A stretch of 64,000 nucleotides of DNA, from positions 2,604 through 66,603 of the forward strand of contig CAZCYO010000002.1 in NCBI GenBank assembly GCA_964503265.1. The letters run 5' to 3'. The notes under the pieces were generated by a model. The model was not told where the DNA came from. It searched no databases and worked only from the letters and a program-made list of their open reading frames with translations. Within the stretch, counting starts at the first letter, position 1. Each line of letters opens with the position of its first letter. Shown in pieces: positions 47,783-58,804 of this stretch. The position numbers were made by a program, and so were the translations under genes. The stretch is from an uncultured Gammaproteobacteria bacterium. Lineage in GTDB: Bacteria > Patescibacteriota > Microgenomatia > Levybacterales > UBA12049.

Positions 47783-48223
47783 TTATGGCGTTGGTAACAC
47801 ACCAGTTCCTCGAAACGTTCGCGTCTGAGGGTTAAGTTGAATGCTTTGAGCAGTCACACTTCCATCAGCGTTTGTCTTTCCAAATACAGCTACTTTTTCA
47901 CCAGATTTGAGATCATCTTTCGTGCCAGTTGCTTGTTTATTGATAGTAGTGCTCGCAGATAGAATCACGATTTTACTACTGCCATCTTGTGACTTGACAG
48001 TGATGGATGTATCATCCTTACTTGTTACATCACCCACTACCATTCCACTACCAGCTGGACCAGCTCCAAATCGCGCATTTTGTCCACCCTGAACTCGTGT
48101 ATCAAATTGGCCTAAGGTAGCTCGCTGTGACTTCTGATATTGCATCCCGCCATAAAAAGCAGCAGCCCCCACGACAAGAACGATAATCGCAGTAACAATA
48201 TAATTATTCTTCATTATTTTCAC
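47783..48223 (-). CDS. secreted/anchored hypothetical protein
   Basis: 146 aa; N-terminal TM/signal IVTAIIVLVVGAAAF; Gly/Thr/Ser-rich. Confidence 0.45.
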   Translation of the reverse strand: MKIMKNNYIVTAIIVLVVGAAAFYGGMQYQKSQRATLGQFDTRVQGGQNARFGAGPAGSGMVVGDVTSKDDTSITVKSQDGSSKIVILSASTTINKQATGTKDDLKSGEKVAVFGKTNADGSVTAQSIQLNPQTRTFRGTGVLPTP

Positions 48224-48296
48224 CCCCCTTCACAAATAGAAGTTAGTAGATGGGAGATAGAAGAAATACGAACTTCTAACTACTAGCATCTAACTA

Positions 48297-49523
48297 CTAT
48301 TCATATCTCAACGCTTCAATTGGTTGTAGATTTGCGGCTTTATTAGCTGGATACCATCCAAAGAGTACGCCTATCCCGGCCGACACGATAAAAGCGATGA
48401 GAACAGAAGCCGGTGAGACTACAAAAAGCGATTTAGAAAACACTGAATAAAGATACGATGCTCCGATGCCGAGTAATACACCCAGCGTTCCACCAGTAAA
48501 TGTTAGAATAATCGATTCGATTAAAAACTGGGAGGTAATTGTCTGTTTCTTAGCCCCCAGCGCTTTTCGAAGCCCGATTTCACGTGTTCTTTCAGTAACT
48601 GTTACGAGCATAATATTCATAATCCCGATTCCGCCCACCAAAAGTGATATTCCAGCAATGCCTGAAAGAAGAGTTGTAAATGTACCAGTCGTAGAAGTTG
48701 CCGTATTCAGAATATCTTGTTGAGAAAAAATTGAAAAATCAGCAGTTGAAGGATCGGTGAGCTTATGTCTGCCAAGCAGTAAGTATCCCACCTCATTTTG
48801 CGCTTGAGTCATAACATCCGAACTTTTTGCTTCAAGTGCAATTGAACTTAAGTATTTTTGTCCAAACAACTGTTTCTGTGCTGTTGAGAGGGGAACGTAG
48901 ATAATATTATCTTGGTTCTGAAACCCCGTCCCACCCTTTGCAACTGTTACTCCTACAATTGTTAATGTTTGTCCTTCGATACGAATTGTTTGCCCCAAAG
49001 GATCTGAGCCATCGGTAAATAAGTTACTCACCACTGTCGGACCAACCACAGCTATTTTCCTAAGTGACGCAACATCTTGGTCAGTAATAAACGATCCTTC
49101 ACTGATCGTAATTTTATGAACAGAAGCATATGCAGCAGTGACACCGACAATTTGAATATTTGAATTAGTTTTTCCCGTTGTGACTTGTGAACGGTTTGAA
49201 ACTTCTGGAGAAACATTTGCTATAGTCGTGACCGATGCGCTTGTTTTTATCGCATTTGCATCATCTGTCGTCAGAGTGGTTCCCCCCCCTGCTGCACCAC
49301 GAACACCACCAGCGTTTTGTGAACCCGGGCTTACTGTAAGTAAGTTTGCTCCAAGAGATTGAATTTGATTTTGGATTTGTTGTTGTGTTGCTTGACCAAG
49401 TGAGACAAGCGCAATAACACTCCCAATACCAATCACAATGCCGAGCATCGCAAGGCCTGTTCGAAGTTTATTAAGCGTTAATGTTCCGAGACTCTCTAAA
49501 AATGTTTCTTTTAAATTTTCCAT
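48297..49523 (-). CDS. ABC transporter permease, MacB/FtsX type with large periplasmic domain
   Basis: 408 aa; N-terminal TM, about 200-aa periplasmic domain, C-terminal 3 TM FtsX-like with ERTREIGLRKALGA motif. Confidence 0.8.
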   Translation of the reverse strand: MENLKETFLESLGTLTLNKLRTGLAMLGIVIGIGSVIALVSLGQATQQQIQNQIQSLGANLLTVSPGSQNAGGVRGAAGGGTTLTTDDANAIKTSASVTTIANVSPEVSNRSQVTTGKTNSNIQIVGVTAAYASVHKITISEGSFITDQDVASLRKIAVVGPTVVSNLFTDGSDPLGQTIRIEGQTLTIVGVTVAKGGTGFQNQDNIIYVPLSTAQKQLFGQKYLSSIALEAKSSDVMTQAQNEVGYLLLGRHKLTDPSTADFSIFSQQDILNTATSTTGTFTTLLSGIAGISLLVGGIGIMNIMLVTVTERTREIGLRKALGAKKQTITSQFLIESIILTFTGGTLGVLLGIGASYLYSVFSKSLFVVSPASVLIAFIVSAGIGVLFGWYPANKAANLQPIEALRYE

Positions 49524-49556
49524 AACAAGTTATTTATCATCCCAGACTTGATCGGG

Positions 49557-49596
49557 GATCTATTCCAATAGATTCCCTTTTTCAGGGGAATGACGA
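49557..49596. repeat. conserved hairpin element copy 3 (atctattccaatagattccctttttcaggggaatgacga)
   Basis: See copy 1; intergenic between ABC ATPase and permease genes. Confidence 0.6.
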
Positions 49597-49613
49597 AGTG
49601 TATATTTCTCTAT

Positions 49614-50327
49614 TTAACTATCACTTGCTCTTTTCTGTTTATCATTAATTCGGTCCGAAACAATCTTTCCATCCTTAATTGAAATAACTCTTTTCGCATG
49701 AGCAGCAATATCAGGTTCATGAGTAATCATTACGATCGTATGTCCCTCATCATTTACCTGCCGAAAAATCGCCATTACCTCTTCAGCTTGAGCACTAGCG
49801 ATATTTCCTGTCGGCTCATCAGCAAGTAATATGCTTGGATTCATCGCAAGACCACGCGCAATAGCAACCCGCTGTTGTTGGCCTCCAGATAATTGACTCG
49901 TCGTATGATCAATTCTATCTCCAAGTCCCACCATTTCTAAATATTTTTTAGCTGTCGCTTGACGCTTTTCAAGTGGAATACCAGCATAGCGCATAGGCAA
50001 CATAACATTTTTAAGTGCACTTGTACGAGGAAGTAAATTAAATGCTTGGAAAATAAAGCCAATTTTACGATTACGAATACCTGCTAATTGATCCTCAGTT
50101 AGTTTACTTACTTCTTCACCATCAAGAATATATGATCCAGCGGTCGGTGTATCAAGTGCTCCTAAAATATGCATTAGCGTCGATTTACCAGAACCTGACG
50201 GTCCCATGATCGCGACGAATTCACCTTTTTCGATCGAAAATGTTGCATCAGAAAGAGCGGTAGTCTCTATTATTCCAGTGTTATAGACTTTTGAGAGGTG
50301 GGTTGCAGTTATAATTGGTTGTTTCAT
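49614..50327 (-). CDS. ABC transporter ATP-binding protein (MacB/LolD-like)
   Basis: Walker [10 protein letters not shown], signature [15 protein letters not shown], Walker [11 protein letters not shown]. Confidence 0.9.
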   Translation of the reverse strand: MKQPIITATHLSKVYNTGIIETTALSDATFSIEKGEFVAIMGPSGSGKSTLMHILGALDTPTAGSYILDGEEVSKLTEDQLAGIRNRKIGFIFQAFNLLPRTSALKNVMLPMRYAGIPLEKRQATAKKYLEMVGLGDRIDHTTSQLSGGQQQRVAIARGLAMNPSILLADEPTGNIASAQAEEVMAIFRQVNDEGHTIVMITHEPDIAAHAKRVISIKDGKIVSDRINDKQKRASDS

Positions 50328-50331
50328 GAGC

Positions 50332-51648
50332 CTAGTTTGCGCGAATAAACGTCCGGTTACCTCCAGTTACAGCGCCAGCGCCACTTGTTCTAAGTCCTCC
50401 AAAGCCGGTTCCGCCAAATGGGGAAGTGGTGCCAGTTGAAGTAGTGGGAGACGAAGCAGTAGAACCTATAACAACCGTGTCTCCTTCACTAACACCTGAG
50501 ATAATTTCTGTCTGTGTGTCAGATGACGATCCTACTTCGACTGTGACTGCTGTTACTTGGCCATTTTTCATCACTCGAACTGTTGAGGTGCCATTGGCCG
50601 TTGTGACTCCCGCTGATGGAACCAGTAAAACATCGTCTTTTATCTCTGTAATAATTTTGGCAGTTACTCCCATATTTGGATAAATCTTACTTTCATTTGA
50701 ATCAAAGGTAATAGTTGTTGGATATGTCGTTACCCCAGAACTTACCGTTCCTGATGTATCAATCGCTGTGATTTTCCCTGTAAATGTTTTATCAGCAAAT
50801 GCATCAAGAGTCATAGTTACTTTTTGCCCTATTTCAGCTTTGGTGACATCAATTTCTGTTAAATTTACTTTAGCTTGCAGCTGCCCACCTTCAATTGTAA
50901 TAATACCCACACTTTGAGATGATGAGGCATTACTAGTTGTAGAATTAGTTGATGTACTTACAATTGGAGTACCAGCACTTAGTGTCAAACTTGTCACTGT
51001 TCCAGTAACTGGAGCATAAATACTATTTGACACTTGTTGGTAGGAGAGTGACGCACTCATGTATGAGGCTTCAGCTTGGGCGATAACACCGGCTTGATTA
51101 TTATAGTCAGCTTCAGCTTGCAACCAGTCTGCATTTTCTTGGATGTATTTTGGATCAGCTTTATCGGCATCAGATGGGTTATTTGCACCTTTATCTGTCA
51201 TAAATGCTTGATTTGCTTTAAAAAGAGTCGACTGTAAAGAATTCATTTTTGATTTTGCCGAATTGAGGCTATTTTGAGCTGAGAGGTATGACGTATACGC
51301 GGCTGCTTGTTTTTGCTGGGAATCTTGATCGAGTCTTATATCAGCGATTTTTTCTCCTTGGGTGATACTATCTCCGTTTTTTACATACACTGCGGTAACC
51401 ACACCTGTGGCACTCGTTGAGATACTTGCACTATTTGCATTCGTGACCGTTCCAGACGCAGAAATACTTGATATAAGTGTTCCACGCTCAACAGTTGCGG
51501 TTTGAAACATAGGACTTGCGGTTTTAGTGCCAACTATTTTTATTCCAAAAAACCATACAACGACAAGAAGAACTGCTATCATTCCAATTTTTTTAAGAAG
51601 TGACAGCGACAAACACCACTGATAAAACCATGTTAATTTCTCTTTCAC
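50332..51648 (-). CDS. HlyD/MacA-family periplasmic adaptor subunit with Gly/Thr/Ser-rich C-terminal tail
   Basis: 438 aa; N-terminal TM, coiled-coil hairpin, beta-barrel region; forms operon with 49614 and 48297. Confidence 0.75.
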   Translation of the reverse strand: MKEKLTWFYQWCLSLSLLKKIGMIAVLLVVVWFFGIKIVGTKTASPMFQTATVERGTLISSISASGTVTNANSASISTSATGVVTAVYVKNGDSITQGEKIADIRLDQDSQQKQAAAYTSYLSAQNSLNSAKSKMNSLQSTLFKANQAFMTDKGANNPSDADKADPKYIQENADWLQAEADYNNQAGVIAQAEASYMSASLSYQQVSNSIYAPVTGTVTSLTLSAGTPIVSTSTNSTTSNASSSQSVGIITIEGGQLQAKVNLTEIDVTKAEIGQKVTMTLDAFADKTFTGKITAIDTSGTVSSGVTTYPTTITFDSNESKIYPNMGVTAKIITEIKDDVLLVPSAGVTTANGTSTVRVMKNGQVTAVTVEVGSSSDTQTEIISGVSEGDTVVIGSTASSPTTSTGTTSPFGGTGFGGLRTSGAGAVTGGNRTFIRAN

Positions 51649-51731
51649 AATAATTTCTTATACGCGTTTTCTTATGAATTTACAACGTATACATTACTTT
51701 TACAGGATATTACTTAAAGCGAGCTGAAATA

Positions 51732-52856
51732 TTAGAGTTTTTGAGGGTTAATCATGATAATTTTATCATCCCCACGCACAGGTATTCCGCGACTATCATT
51801 ATTACTGGTCGTTATATAAAGCATAGCATCTGGTCCGAGAACGACATCACGAATTCGACCAAATTCATTTTGAAGGTGGGGTTTCACTTCTTTAATGGAT
51901 GTACCATCGAGAACTGCTTCATATAACGCCTGTCCTTTGAGCCCTCCAAAATAGAGTGATCCATTACTATACGCGACACCTGATGGAGCCCACGTAATAG
52001 AAGAGCCTGAATTACTAGCCGGTGCTTCCATGCCAGTTCGAGATTGGTCTCCTTGAATTATTGGCCAACCATAGTTATAGCCTGAGCGAATCAAATTTAA
52101 TTCATCAAATCCTGTCGTTACTCCAGATCTTCCATGTTCTGTTGCCCACAGATTTCCAGTTGAGTCCCAGGCAATTCCTTGGGGATTGCGATGACCATAT
52201 GAGTAAACAAGCGTTCCATAAGGATTTCCTAGTGCTGGTTTTCCATCCGTGGCCATACGAAGAATCTTTCCATTTAGTGTCGTTTTATCTTGGGCTTGTG
52301 AGGGACTTTCTGCATCACCAGTAGTCGCATACAGATACCCATCAGGGCCGAATTTGAGACGCCCACCATCATGATTTGAGGAGCTTGGAATTGAGTCGAT
52401 GAGCACTTTCTCTTGAGAAAGCATGCTATTTTCATACGTCATTTGAACGATACGATTATAGAGAGTCGCTCCAGATGATTTATACGTATAGTAGAGATAG
52501 ACAAAGTGATTCTCTGAGAATTTAGGACTAATCGCTACACCAAGAAGTCCGCCTTCACCAATTTCGACAATATTTGGAACAGTTAGCACGGGAGTCAAGG
52601 ACAAGCTGTTTTTTGTAATCAGCCTCACTCTTCCCGGTCTTTCAGTGACTAGTATCTCTCCTGTTGGAAGGAATGCAATTGCCCACGGTGTATCGAGATT
52701 TTCTGCAATTATTTTAGTACGATCATTTTGGTATATACCAGTTGGCGAGGGAGAAGGAGTATCAAGTGAGACAAAACGAGGCGCATGATAATACCGTACA
52801 TACCATACTCCAAATCCGAGAATAATAGCTAGTAAGAGAACAATAAGATTACGCAT
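51732..52856 (-). CDS. PQQ-dependent sugar dehydrogenase (soluble glucose/sorbosone dehydrogenase family beta-propeller)
   Basis: GGLLGVAISP, HDGGRLKFGPDGYLYATTGD, YSYGHRNPQGIAWD, WATEHGR blocks. Confidence 0.8.
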   Translation of the reverse strand: MRNLIVLLLAIILGFGVWYVRYYHAPRFVSLDTPSPSPTGIYQNDRTKIIAENLDTPWAIAFLPTGEILVTERPGRVRLITKNSLSLTPVLTVPNIVEIGEGGLLGVAISPKFSENHFVYLYYTYKSSGATLYNRIVQMTYENSMLSQEKVLIDSIPSSSNHDGGRLKFGPDGYLYATTGDAESPSQAQDKTTLNGKILRMATDGKPALGNPYGTLVYSYGHRNPQGIAWDSTGNLWATEHGRSGVTTGFDELNLIRSGYNYGWPIIQGDQSRTGMEAPASNSGSSITWAPSGVAYSNGSLYFGGLKGQALYEAVLDGTSIKEVKPHLQNEFGRIRDVVLGPDAMLYITTSNNDSRGIPVRGDDKIIMINPQKL

Positions 52857-52878
52857 CTATCTATCATATCGCACTTCG

Positions 52879-54372
52879 TTAAGAATTGTGTAAAGACGAG
52901 ACAGAACTTGGTTTTTTGCGCACTTTATAGAGAATCGTAGTTCCTTCTACTTTATACTTTTCAACAATTCCTTCTTTTTCAAGGTTTATGAGTCCATTGA
53001 TAAATGGTTGCCGATCTGTGAGTAGATGCCGAGCATCCCAATCTGTTGCTGTATCTACAAATAAATACGTGGGAGAATCGTACCACCGAAACCAATCACA
53101 TGTTTTTTCCCCACATGGTGAGTTATTTATAAATTCTTTTTTCTCTGGATAGAGACTATAGATTTTATCTCTATGACTTATATGCGGGACGATATTATTC
53201 TGAGCGACAACAGACGCACTTCCAGGCAAATACTTAGATCGTATGTTCTCAATTGTTACAACAGATTTGGGTTCTTGCCAGAACCACTCTTTAGACAAAT
53301 AACTAAGTGGGAGATGAAGCACATACTGCACAAGAATAGTAGTGAGAATAAGGTATACTCCAACATACCATTTATTCAACATTCTATATTTCACAATTGC
53401 AAGTATACTCGCCCATACCAAAAACGGCACTAATGTAACACGATATTGTCCAAATAATCCCTGCGCTCCTGGAAGATCACTTGCAACGACAAAGTATGTA
53501 GCTAAATCTGCAAAGAATGGAAGAAGCGAGAGGGGAGAGAGAAGTGGGAGAAACCCAAATGAAAGTAATGAATACCAGATAGCCTCTCTTTTTTCTATCG
53601 TATCAATCATACTGACAGGATTGAGATTTGACAGTATGCCTGAATCATTCGCATAGATATACTCACTTTTAATAATATGCGGGAAAAAGACGAGAAATAT
53701 AAATCCAACGTACAGTATCGATGCACAGATAAAAAACAGTAATAATTTCCGCTGATCACGAGAACGAATGAGTAAGACAAAGGCAGTGAGACATGTCAAT
53801 AATCCTATATTTTCTTTCGCTGTAATTGCTAGAAAAAAGAAGAGCACTGATAACCACTTTTTCTTAATTTCAATAAAATAAATAAACCACAGAAGAAATG
53901 CTGCAGCAAAAGAAGCACTATGTGCATCAAACCATATGACGTTTTGTATCCCATAAAACCCTAGATATGCAACAAGAGTTCCAAGCGCTCCTGTTTCATT
54001 TACACCTTTTTTTTTCGCCAAAAGATAGACTGCTATTCCAGCAAGACAAACAACCCCTGCCTCAACTATAAGAAGCATTTTTCTCGCACTCCATATCCAA
54101 TAAAACGGTGCCAAAAGTGCATAGATGAGTTCTACATGTTCAGCTAACTTAACTTTGTCTGGAAGAGGTGACATCGTAGCAATAGGAAGCTGAAATGTGC
54201 TATATCTCCAAACAATCTGGTCATTAATACCTAAGTCATATCCAAATGATTGATAATGGTTATGGCGAACAACAGAAAGTACACTATATGCAATAAAAAA
54301 GATAAGACAAAGAATATAGGGAAGTAAAACAATAAAATAAGAATGAATTTTCTTCAATTCTATTTTAGACAT
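52879..54372 (-). CDS. polytopic membrane protein, DUF2079-like (putative GT-C-like glycosyltransferase)
   Basis: 497 aa; N-terminal HNHYQSFGYDLGINDQIVW resembles DUF2079 start; 10 or more TM then soluble C-domain. Confidence 0.5.
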   Translation of the reverse strand: MSKIELKKIHSYFIVLLPYILCLIFFIAYSVLSVVRHNHYQSFGYDLGINDQIVWRYSTFQLPIATMSPLPDKVKLAEHVELIYALLAPFYWIWSARKMLLIVEAGVVCLAGIAVYLLAKKKGVNETGALGTLVAYLGFYGIQNVIWFDAHSASFAAAFLLWFIYFIEIKKKWLSVLFFFLAITAKENIGLLTCLTAFVLLIRSRDQRKLLLFFICASILYVGFIFLVFFPHIIKSEYIYANDSGILSNLNPVSMIDTIEKREAIWYSLLSFGFLPLLSPLSLLPFFADLATYFVVASDLPGAQGLFGQYRVTLVPFLVWASILAIVKYRMLNKWYVGVYLILTTILVQYVLHLPLSYLSKEWFWQEPKSVVTIENIRSKYLPGSASVVAQNNIVPHISHRDKIYSLYPEKKEFINNSPCGEKTCDWFRWYDSPTYLFVDTATDWDARHLLTDRQPFINGLINLEKEGIVEKYKVEGTTILYKVRKKPSSVSSLHNS

Positions 54373-54426
54373 ATTCTAAAATAGCATAACATATTATAAA
54401 TCTATTCATTAGGACGAATATAAAAA

Positions 54427-54639
54427 TTATAGAGGTTCTGCAATATAGCCAACCCTTTTCACAATAAGTATGATATCTTTCTCAGTAATGTTTTCTTCAT
54501 CAAATGTAACTTCAAGTGTTTGTTTTGCATAGTGAGTAGACGCACTAGTAATACCAGGTGTGTCCTCTAATTCTCCATCAATATTCATTGCGCAACTGGT
54601 ACAGTGCATTCCGGTAATAGTGAATGTTGCTTTTTTCAT
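54427..54639 (-). CDS. copZ: copper chaperone CopZ (HMA domain)
   Basis: 70 aa; GMHCTSCAMNI (MxCxxC). Confidence 0.85.
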   Translation of the reverse strand: MKKATFTITGMHCTSCAMNIDGELEDTPGITSASTHYAKQTLEVTFDEENITEKDIILIVKRVGYIAEPL

Positions 54640-55778
54640 AAAACGTTTATTACCCCTTTATACATTCCCATACTACACATAAAGGGAATTTGGGTTGACT
54701 TATCAGGCATTTTTAATGTTAGCTGTTCTGTTTTTCCGACGGGAACTACTTTTTGGTAGTTGAAATAGGGGATAGTAAATGCTGAAGCACAGGTATAGGC
54801 TCCGTTATTTTTTAGTGTGAGTGAAATCGTACTTCCTGCTTTAACTGAAACAACACTTGGGGTATATCCACTGCTTTCTATAGAAATAACGACATCTTTC
54901 TGCGGCATTGCAGATGCAGCTGATTGATTTGTTTCTGATGTAGAAGTAAATATGCTAGAAATTGTCCACAAACTGCCGGTTAAGGAAAGCACGTTATTTA
55001 TGGTAAACAATGCAAGCAATATAAGGGTGAAAGCAGCGAACTTCATGAATTTTCTGTGTAATGATTCTCCGAGTTTCGTCGCGAAATATCCAAGAATAAA
55101 AAATAATGGCGATGTTCCAAGTATAAATGCAAAAAGGACGAGTGCTCCCAAGAGTGGACTTGCCGAGCCGATGGCAAGTGCCATCATCGCTTGTGTCGTC
55201 CCACAGGGAATAAAGATTGTGAATGCTCCAAGTAACATTGGTGCAAAAAGACTCTTACTTTTTGATTGGTTTCGAACAAGTCTCGTGAGTGACTTAGGGG
55301 GTTGAATAACGAAGTACCTAAAGATCGGATGAACATTTAGTATATTAAACGCGGTTCCAAGCATAAAGACAGCGACAGCAAGCTGCATCACGATTTGCGC
55401 AGCGAGAGATAGCTGAAAAAGAGAACCAAACAATCCAAGTAGAAAACCAAGGATTGTATATGCTACAAGCTTAGCCGCGAGAAATGCCACAATAGGCAGA
55501 GCGTTATCAAAATGTGTCGTTTTCTTAAGGAGTTTTTCTTCCTCTCGTTGAGCGATCGTTGCTGCTAACAGCCCTCCCTGAACAGCCAAACACGTTAGTC
55601 CTCCAGTCAGAAGTCCGGTTAAAAAAATTGCCCACAGATTTATCCCGTGAGAAGCTGCATTTGAAGTAAGTGAGGACGTTTCAAACAAGTTCGCCTGAAT
55701 TACGACAATTCCAATAAGAATAAAAAGAATCCCAAATAACATAAGTGTGAGTGTTTGTTTTTTAATTCGTATTTCCAT
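54636..55778 (-). CDS. membrane protein (Cys-containing TM core, CcdA/DsbD- or TauE-like) fused to C-terminal Met-rich cupredoxin-like beta domain
   Basis: 380 aa; TM Cys LTCLAVQGG and FIPCGTTQ; C-terminal FMCSMGMYKG; overlaps copZ by 4 nt. Confidence 0.5.
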   Translation of the reverse strand: MEIRIKKQTLTLMLFGILFILIGIVVIQANLFETSSLTSNAASHGINLWAIFLTGLLTGGLTCLAVQGGLLAATIAQREEEKLLKKTTHFDNALPIVAFLAAKLVAYTILGFLLGLFGSLFQLSLAAQIVMQLAVAVFMLGTAFNILNVHPIFRYFVIQPPKSLTRLVRNQSKSKSLFAPMLLGAFTIFIPCGTTQAMMALAIGSASPLLGALVLFAFILGTSPLFFILGYFATKLGESLHRKFMKFAAFTLILLALFTINNVLSLTGSLWTISSIFTSTSETNQSAASAMPQKDVVISIESSGYTPSVVSVKAGSTISLTLKNNGAYTCASAFTIPYFNYQKVVPVGKTEQLTLKMPDKSTQIPFMCSMGMYKGVINVL

Positions 55779-55784
55779 AATTTG

Positions 55785-58049
55785 TTATATTTTTACACGT
55801 TTTAATAATAATGAATTAGATACAACTGATACTGACGAGAGAGCCATCGCAACTGAAGCAAAAATAGGATTAAGAAGCGGGCCTCCAAAAGGATACAGGA
55901 CGCCCATGGCAACGGGTATTAAAATAATATTATACCCAAACGCCCATACCAAATTCATTCTAATAGTATTCATCGTTTTTCTTGACAATTCAATGGCCGA
56001 GGACACAGACGTTAGATCTTTACTGATAAGTGTGATGTCAGCCGCCTCAATAGCTACATCTGTCCCAGTCCCCATTGCAATACCGATATCTGCTGCTGCG
56101 AGTGCTGGTGCATCGTTAACCCCATCGCCAATCATCGCAACACGTTTTCCTTCTGCCTGAATTTTTCGTATCTCAGCTTCTTTTTGATCAGGCAATACTT
56201 CAGCAAGCACTCGATTAATACCAAGTTTTTGAGCAATTGCCTTAGCAGTTCGCTCATTATCTCCCGTAATCATTACTACTTCAATTCCTCGTCTTTTAAG
56301 TGCAGTAATTCCTTCATTTGCAGAATCCTTAACAGTATCTGCGACTGCCAGTAAAGCAGATAGCTGACCGTCCACTGCGAGCATCATAACAGTTTTGCCA
56401 CCAGTTTCAAGTTTAGAAATGAGCGATTCACTGTGGTCAAGAGATACGTTTTCTCGTTGCATAAGTCGTCTATTACCAAATAAGAGTTTTTTCTCATCAA
56501 CTACACCTTGGACACCGTGTCCCGGGACAGCTTGAAACTTTGTGACAGAAAGAAGTTTGATTTGTTTTACTTCTGCTTCTTTAACAATCGCTTCAGCCAA
56601 CGAATGTTCTGATCCTTTCTCAAGTGATGCAGCTAAACGCAACAATTCCGTTTCACTCTTGATTCCTGATTCCTGATTCTTGATTCTTATTACGTCAGTT
56701 ACTTCAGGTTTGCCATTTGTCAGTGTTCCAGTTTTATCAAAGACGACTACCTGCACTTTATTCGCAATTTCTAAACTCTCTGCATCGCGAATGAGAATTC
56801 CTCGCTGTGCTCCTTTGCCTGTCCCGACCATGATCGCAGTTGGTGTCGCAAGTCCCATCGCACATGGACAGGCGATGATGAGTACCGCAACCATGTTTAA
56901 CATAGCATGGAGGAAGACTGGGGACGGACCAAGCACATACCACAAACCAAATGTAACAATAGCAAGCATGATGACAATTGGTACGAAATATGATGAGACT
57001 GTGTCAGCAAGTCGTTGAATAGGCGCTTTACTTCCTTGGGCTTCCTGTACGAGTTTTATGATCTGTGCAAGCATCGTATCAGCACCTACTTTTGTGGCCT
57101 TATAGGTAAACGTTCCCGATTTATTTATCGTCGAACCCACGACGATATCTCCCTTCATTTTCTCGACAGGCAGACTCTCACCACTAACCATCGACTCATC
57201 TATGGAGGATTCTCCATCAAGAACAACCCCATCAACTGGTATTTTTTCTCCAGGGCGAACACGAAGAATATCTCCAACTAAAACCTGCTCAATGAGAATG
57301 TCTATATCTTTGCCATCTCGTATAACCCGGGCAGTTTTGGCTTGCATACCAATTAATTTTTTAATCGCGTCAGATGTTCCAGCTTTTGCCTTTGCTTCAA
57401 ACAATCGCCCTAAGAGAATTAGTCCAATCACAATCGTCGCCACATCAAAATACGGCATTACTTCTATCTCAAGATTTACAAAGAGCTGTGGGGAAACCGT
57501 CACCACAGTAGAGTAAATAAACGCCACGGTGGTTCCAAGTGCTACTAGTGTGTCCATATTCGCAGTTCGATGCCTAAGTGCTGCAATTGCAGTTTTGTAG
57601 AACTCACTCCCAGCCCAGAACTGTACAGGAATTGCTAAGAGAAGTTGTACCCAGAAATTTTGAAGAAGGGAAGGGGAGGTGTTTACAATTCCTGGAAAAC
57701 TCCCCCACAAAATAAGCGCTCCAAGAAAGAGACTGACAATTACTTTGTTTCGAAGTAATGTTAATCCTTTTTGTTTCTCAGCTTGAATTGCTTCTTCAGA
57801 TTTTTCTTCAAGATCTAATGTATACCCAGTTTTTGCAATCGACTGCGCCAATTGTTCTGGTGTACAGTTGTCTGTATCATACGTAACAGAAGCTTTTTCA
57901 GTCGCAAGATTTACAACCGCATCGACTACTCCAGGTGTTTTTTTTAACGCTCTCTCAGTAACCTTCACACAGGAAGCACAATGCATACCGATTAAAGGGA
58001 AGGTTTTAGTTTGTAGGTTGTGGGTTGTAGGTTTTTGCTTATTGTCCAT
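55785..58049 (-). CDS. copA: copper-translocating P1B-type ATPase CopA
   Basis: N-terminal [11 protein letters not shown]; CPC motif IACPCAMGL; DKTGTLT; GDGVNDAP. Confidence 0.92.
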   Translation of the reverse strand: MDNKQKPTTHNLQTKTFPLIGMHCASCVKVTERALKKTPGVVDAVVNLATEKASVTYDTDNCTPEQLAQSIAKTGYTLDLEEKSEEAIQAEKQKGLTLLRNKVIVSLFLGALILWGSFPGIVNTSPSLLQNFWVQLLLAIPVQFWAGSEFYKTAIAALRHRTANMDTLVALGTTVAFIYSTVVTVSPQLFVNLEIEVMPYFDVATIVIGLILLGRLFEAKAKAGTSDAIKKLIGMQAKTARVIRDGKDIDILIEQVLVGDILRVRPGEKIPVDGVVLDGESSIDESMVSGESLPVEKMKGDIVVGSTINKSGTFTYKATKVGADTMLAQIIKLVQEAQGSKAPIQRLADTVSSYFVPIVIMLAIVTFGLWYVLGPSPVFLHAMLNMVAVLIIACPCAMGLATPTAIMVGTGKGAQRGILIRDAESLEIANKVQVVVFDKTGTLTNGKPEVTDVIRIKNQESGIKSETELLRLAASLEKGSEHSLAEAIVKEAEVKQIKLLSVTKFQAVPGHGVQGVVDEKKLLFGNRRLMQRENVSLDHSESLISKLETGGKTVMMLAVDGQLSALLAVADTVKDSANEGITALKRRGIEVVMITGDNERTAKAIAQKLGINRVLAEVLPDQKEAEIRKIQAEGKRVAMIGDGVNDAPALAAADIGIAMGTGTDVAIEAADITLISKDLTSVSSAIELSRKTMNTIRMNLVWAFGYNIILIPVAMGVLYPFGGPLLNPIFASVAMALSSVSVVSNSLLLKRVKI

Positions 58050-58051
58050 AT

Positions 58052-58405
58052 TTAATTTTGTAACGTTGTAATAAGTTTGTTTAGCATTTTCATTATTTCT
58101 TCGAGTGTGCCATTTATTTCCCTAAATGTTGCTTCAGAAAGATATCCAATCTTTAATGCAATGAGTAACTGCGTTTCTAATTCTGCACCAGATCCATAAG
58201 AAATTCTAAGAAACTGTATATATTCAGTTTTATGGCCTCTTCTTTGTCCCTCAGCAATGTTAGAAGGAATACTTACAGAACATCTTCTTATTTGAGAAGT
58301 TAATCCATAAATCTCATGCTTGGGAAAGCTATCTGTAACATTATATATACGTACAGATAAATCTAATGACTTTTGCCAAACAGTTAACTCTTTATACGAA
58401 TTCAT
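58052..58405 (-). CDS. four-helix-bundle protein (23S rRNA IVS / Avd-like family)
   Basis: 117 aa; [15 protein letters not shown]...[27 protein letters not shown] signature of the family. Confidence 0.8.
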   Translation of the reverse strand: MNSYKELTVWQKSLDLSVRIYNVTDSFPKHEIYGLTSQIRRCSVSIPSNIAEGQRRGHKTEYIQFLRISYGSGAELETQLLIALKIGYLSEATFREINGTLEEIMKMLNKLITTLQN

Positions 58406-58432
58406 ATTTAACTACACACTACCACCTATAAC

Positions 58433-58801
58433 CTACCCACTAACAATGATCTTCCCATGAAACATATTCATACCACATGTAATTTCGTATGTTCCTTCTT
58501 TTTTTGGTGTCACGGTAATTGTCGTAGATTTGTTAAGAGGCAAGTATTTTTTTATTTTAAACTCAGGAAGTACTACTTCCTCTAAGCAAGAACTTGGATC
58601 TTTTCTTATAAAATTAAGGGTTGTAGTTTTATCTTTTGATATCGAAATAACACTAGGGGAGTACCCGCCTTCGACAGTAATGTCTATGTTGTTACTTTGA
58701 GCTGCTACTGCTTCTTTTTCTTTTTTCATAAGAAAAAACCAATACACGAACACGATACCACCCAAACTAAAAATAATTACGAGAAGTTTATCTAATACCA
58801 T
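58433..58801 (-). CDS. membrane-anchored cupredoxin (type-1 copper protein)
   Basis: N-terminal TM; C-terminal EGTYEITCGMNMFHGKIIV with Cys/His/Met ligand spacing. Confidence 0.75.
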   Translation of the reverse strand: MVLDKLLVIIFSLGGIVFVYWFFLMKKEKEAVAAQSNNIDITVEGGYSPSVISISKDKTTTLNFIRKDPSSCLEEVVLPEFKIKKYLPLNKSTTITVTPKKEGTYEITCGMNMFHGKIIVSG

Positions 58802-58804
58802 AGC

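Noticed and set aside
58052-58405. Diversity-generating retroelement (Avd-like four-helix-bundle protein present)
   Set aside because: No reverse transcriptase (no YxDD-containing ORF anywhere in the window) and no nearby TR/VR near-identical repeat pair; the gene sits in a copper operon.
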